Shown here: positions 62,801 to 64,000 of the stretch, one piece after another | Layout: every line of letters starts with the position of its first letter | Position numbering within the stretch: position 1 is the first letter of the stretch | From: Eledone cirrhosa | Lineage: Eukaryota | NCBI GenBank assembly: GCA_964016885.1 | Contig: OZ024741.1 | Location: 195,858,001-195,922,000, forward strand | Length of the DNA: 64,000 bases | Reading direction: 5' to 3' | The notes under the pieces: generated by a model | The model's database searches: none | Seen by the model: only the letters and a program-made list of their open reading frames with translations | What the model was told of the DNA's origin: nothing | Position numbers and translations under genes: made by a program

Positions 62801-63102
62801 ATATAGTGTGTAACGTTTTTCGAAATATTTACTTCTGCATTCACAGATTGATTTTTTTAGTTTCAGAAGATCCCGTTAAGGGTGAAAGCAGCGATTCTTT
62901 GCTTAAACTTTAATCTGTTATTTTAATATATATATATATACATATATATATAATTATATATTCGTGTACAGATATTTTTGCATACACAATAACAAAATAT
63001 AAACAAACGTATTTATTTCACAAGGCTCGATAAGGATAAATATATATCAAATATATAAGAACCATAGAGCAAATCCCGAGCAACGCCGGGCCATTCTGCT
63101 AG
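59873..63102 (+). mobile_element. Non-autonomous Helitron carrying a nested RTE
   Basis: Starts A|TCTATATATCTAAAACAGAGAATGTCTGTCTG and ends cccgagcaacgccggg ccattctg CTAG|T, with the same terminal hairpin as the 11735 element. Confidence 0.75.
60194..62735 (-). mobile_element. RTE LINE, 5'-truncated (linker, RT, C-terminus, UTR)
   Basis: TWWWN, GKAAGPS, NYRGIKL, ORF 60579-61799 with YADD; (GAT)n tail. Confidence 0.96.
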
Positions 63103-64000
63103 TATATGCTAAAGTATACAGATGTTTTCTACTAAACATTGGTTGATGGCTTATATAAAAGTTTCGAGTAGATGTTGGCCATAATATATTAATTGTGTAG
63201 ATATAAGTGCGAAATTTTCTAAAGTAGCTAGTCATTTAAATGTATACATGAAATTCAGTTGCGTAATTAATACTCTTGGGTCCCAAATAATAGAGGGAGG
63301 TGTTGGAAAATTGGTATTGTTTCTAGGTTGTCTCTGTTAATTTAAAAAAAAAACAGAATTAGTCATTTTGTTTACATATTGAGACCCAACCCATTGTAAT
63401 GTTCTTGTAATGTTCTTTTTTGTCATGTATAATGAAAATTAATTATTGCAGGAATGCTACCACTTAAAATAAAATTTCACTGGAGATAGAGTAGCAAAAT
63501 TTAATAAGTAGGGGGGGGGGGGTTATCTGAGACACAAGAGCAATTTTTAAAAATGAGGTGAAGTAGGAAAACCTTACATAGTTGTAAAGAAATAACAAGG
63601 GAGGGAACTGAGTGGGGCCCCAAAATTTGTATACTTGTGGGAAAGAAGGGCTGGATACAAGATTGAGACAAATAGAGGGAAAAGGATGTCAATGTTATAT
63701 GAGGTTGAATATAGTGATTAGGGTTAGCCTATATGGTGGGCAAAGGGGTAGAGGCATACTCATAGGAGAAAAAACTTTTTGTATGGGGGTGGGGGGTTAT
63801 ATTATGAGTAATATATGGTCTTTGGTTGAACCAATGAGATATAAAAGAAGAGTATTTGTCTAAGAGTAGTTCACTAATAGGTAGTCTCATATGTAAGTTA
63901 TTTAATTATAAAGAGATGTGGCAGTAATAGAGTTAGAACACATAAGGTGGTCATGTTAGGGCCATGAAAAAAGCACTCAGTCTACTCAGTAAGAGGTAGT

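Overview
AT-rich animal DNA saturated with transposons and microsatellites. The repeat types (RTE LINEs with (CAT)n tails, tRNA-derived SINEs, TA/TG tracts) suggest a coleoid cephalopod such as an octopus; this is an inference. The only host coding sequence I can support is one exon encoding the start of a Dbl-homology (RhoGEF) domain at 58942-59079. The rest is mobile DNA: a Buster-type hAT, many RTE copies, RTE-X, CRE, Tx1/L1 and CR1 LINE remnants, Penelope RT and GIY-YIG fragments, two non-autonomous Helitrons, piggyBac-like MITEs, a mariner and SINEs. The most striking signal is a dense set of minimal type I hammerhead ribozymes between about 2.4 and 13.6 kb, about ten motifs from about seven unrelated sequence families. 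They sit in head-to-head inverted, (TA)n-flanked, non-coding elements that nest into a roughly 5 kb multi-layer palindrome. At its centre is a 310-nt tandem monomer resembling a non-LTR retrozyme. Other observations are covarying tandem H-type pseudoknots in RTE/SINE 3' ends, an HDV-like ribozyme candidate at an RTE 5' end, a template-switch rearrangement, and a splice acceptor located where a mariner terminal repeat should be. All structures were read by eye and most boundaries are approximate.
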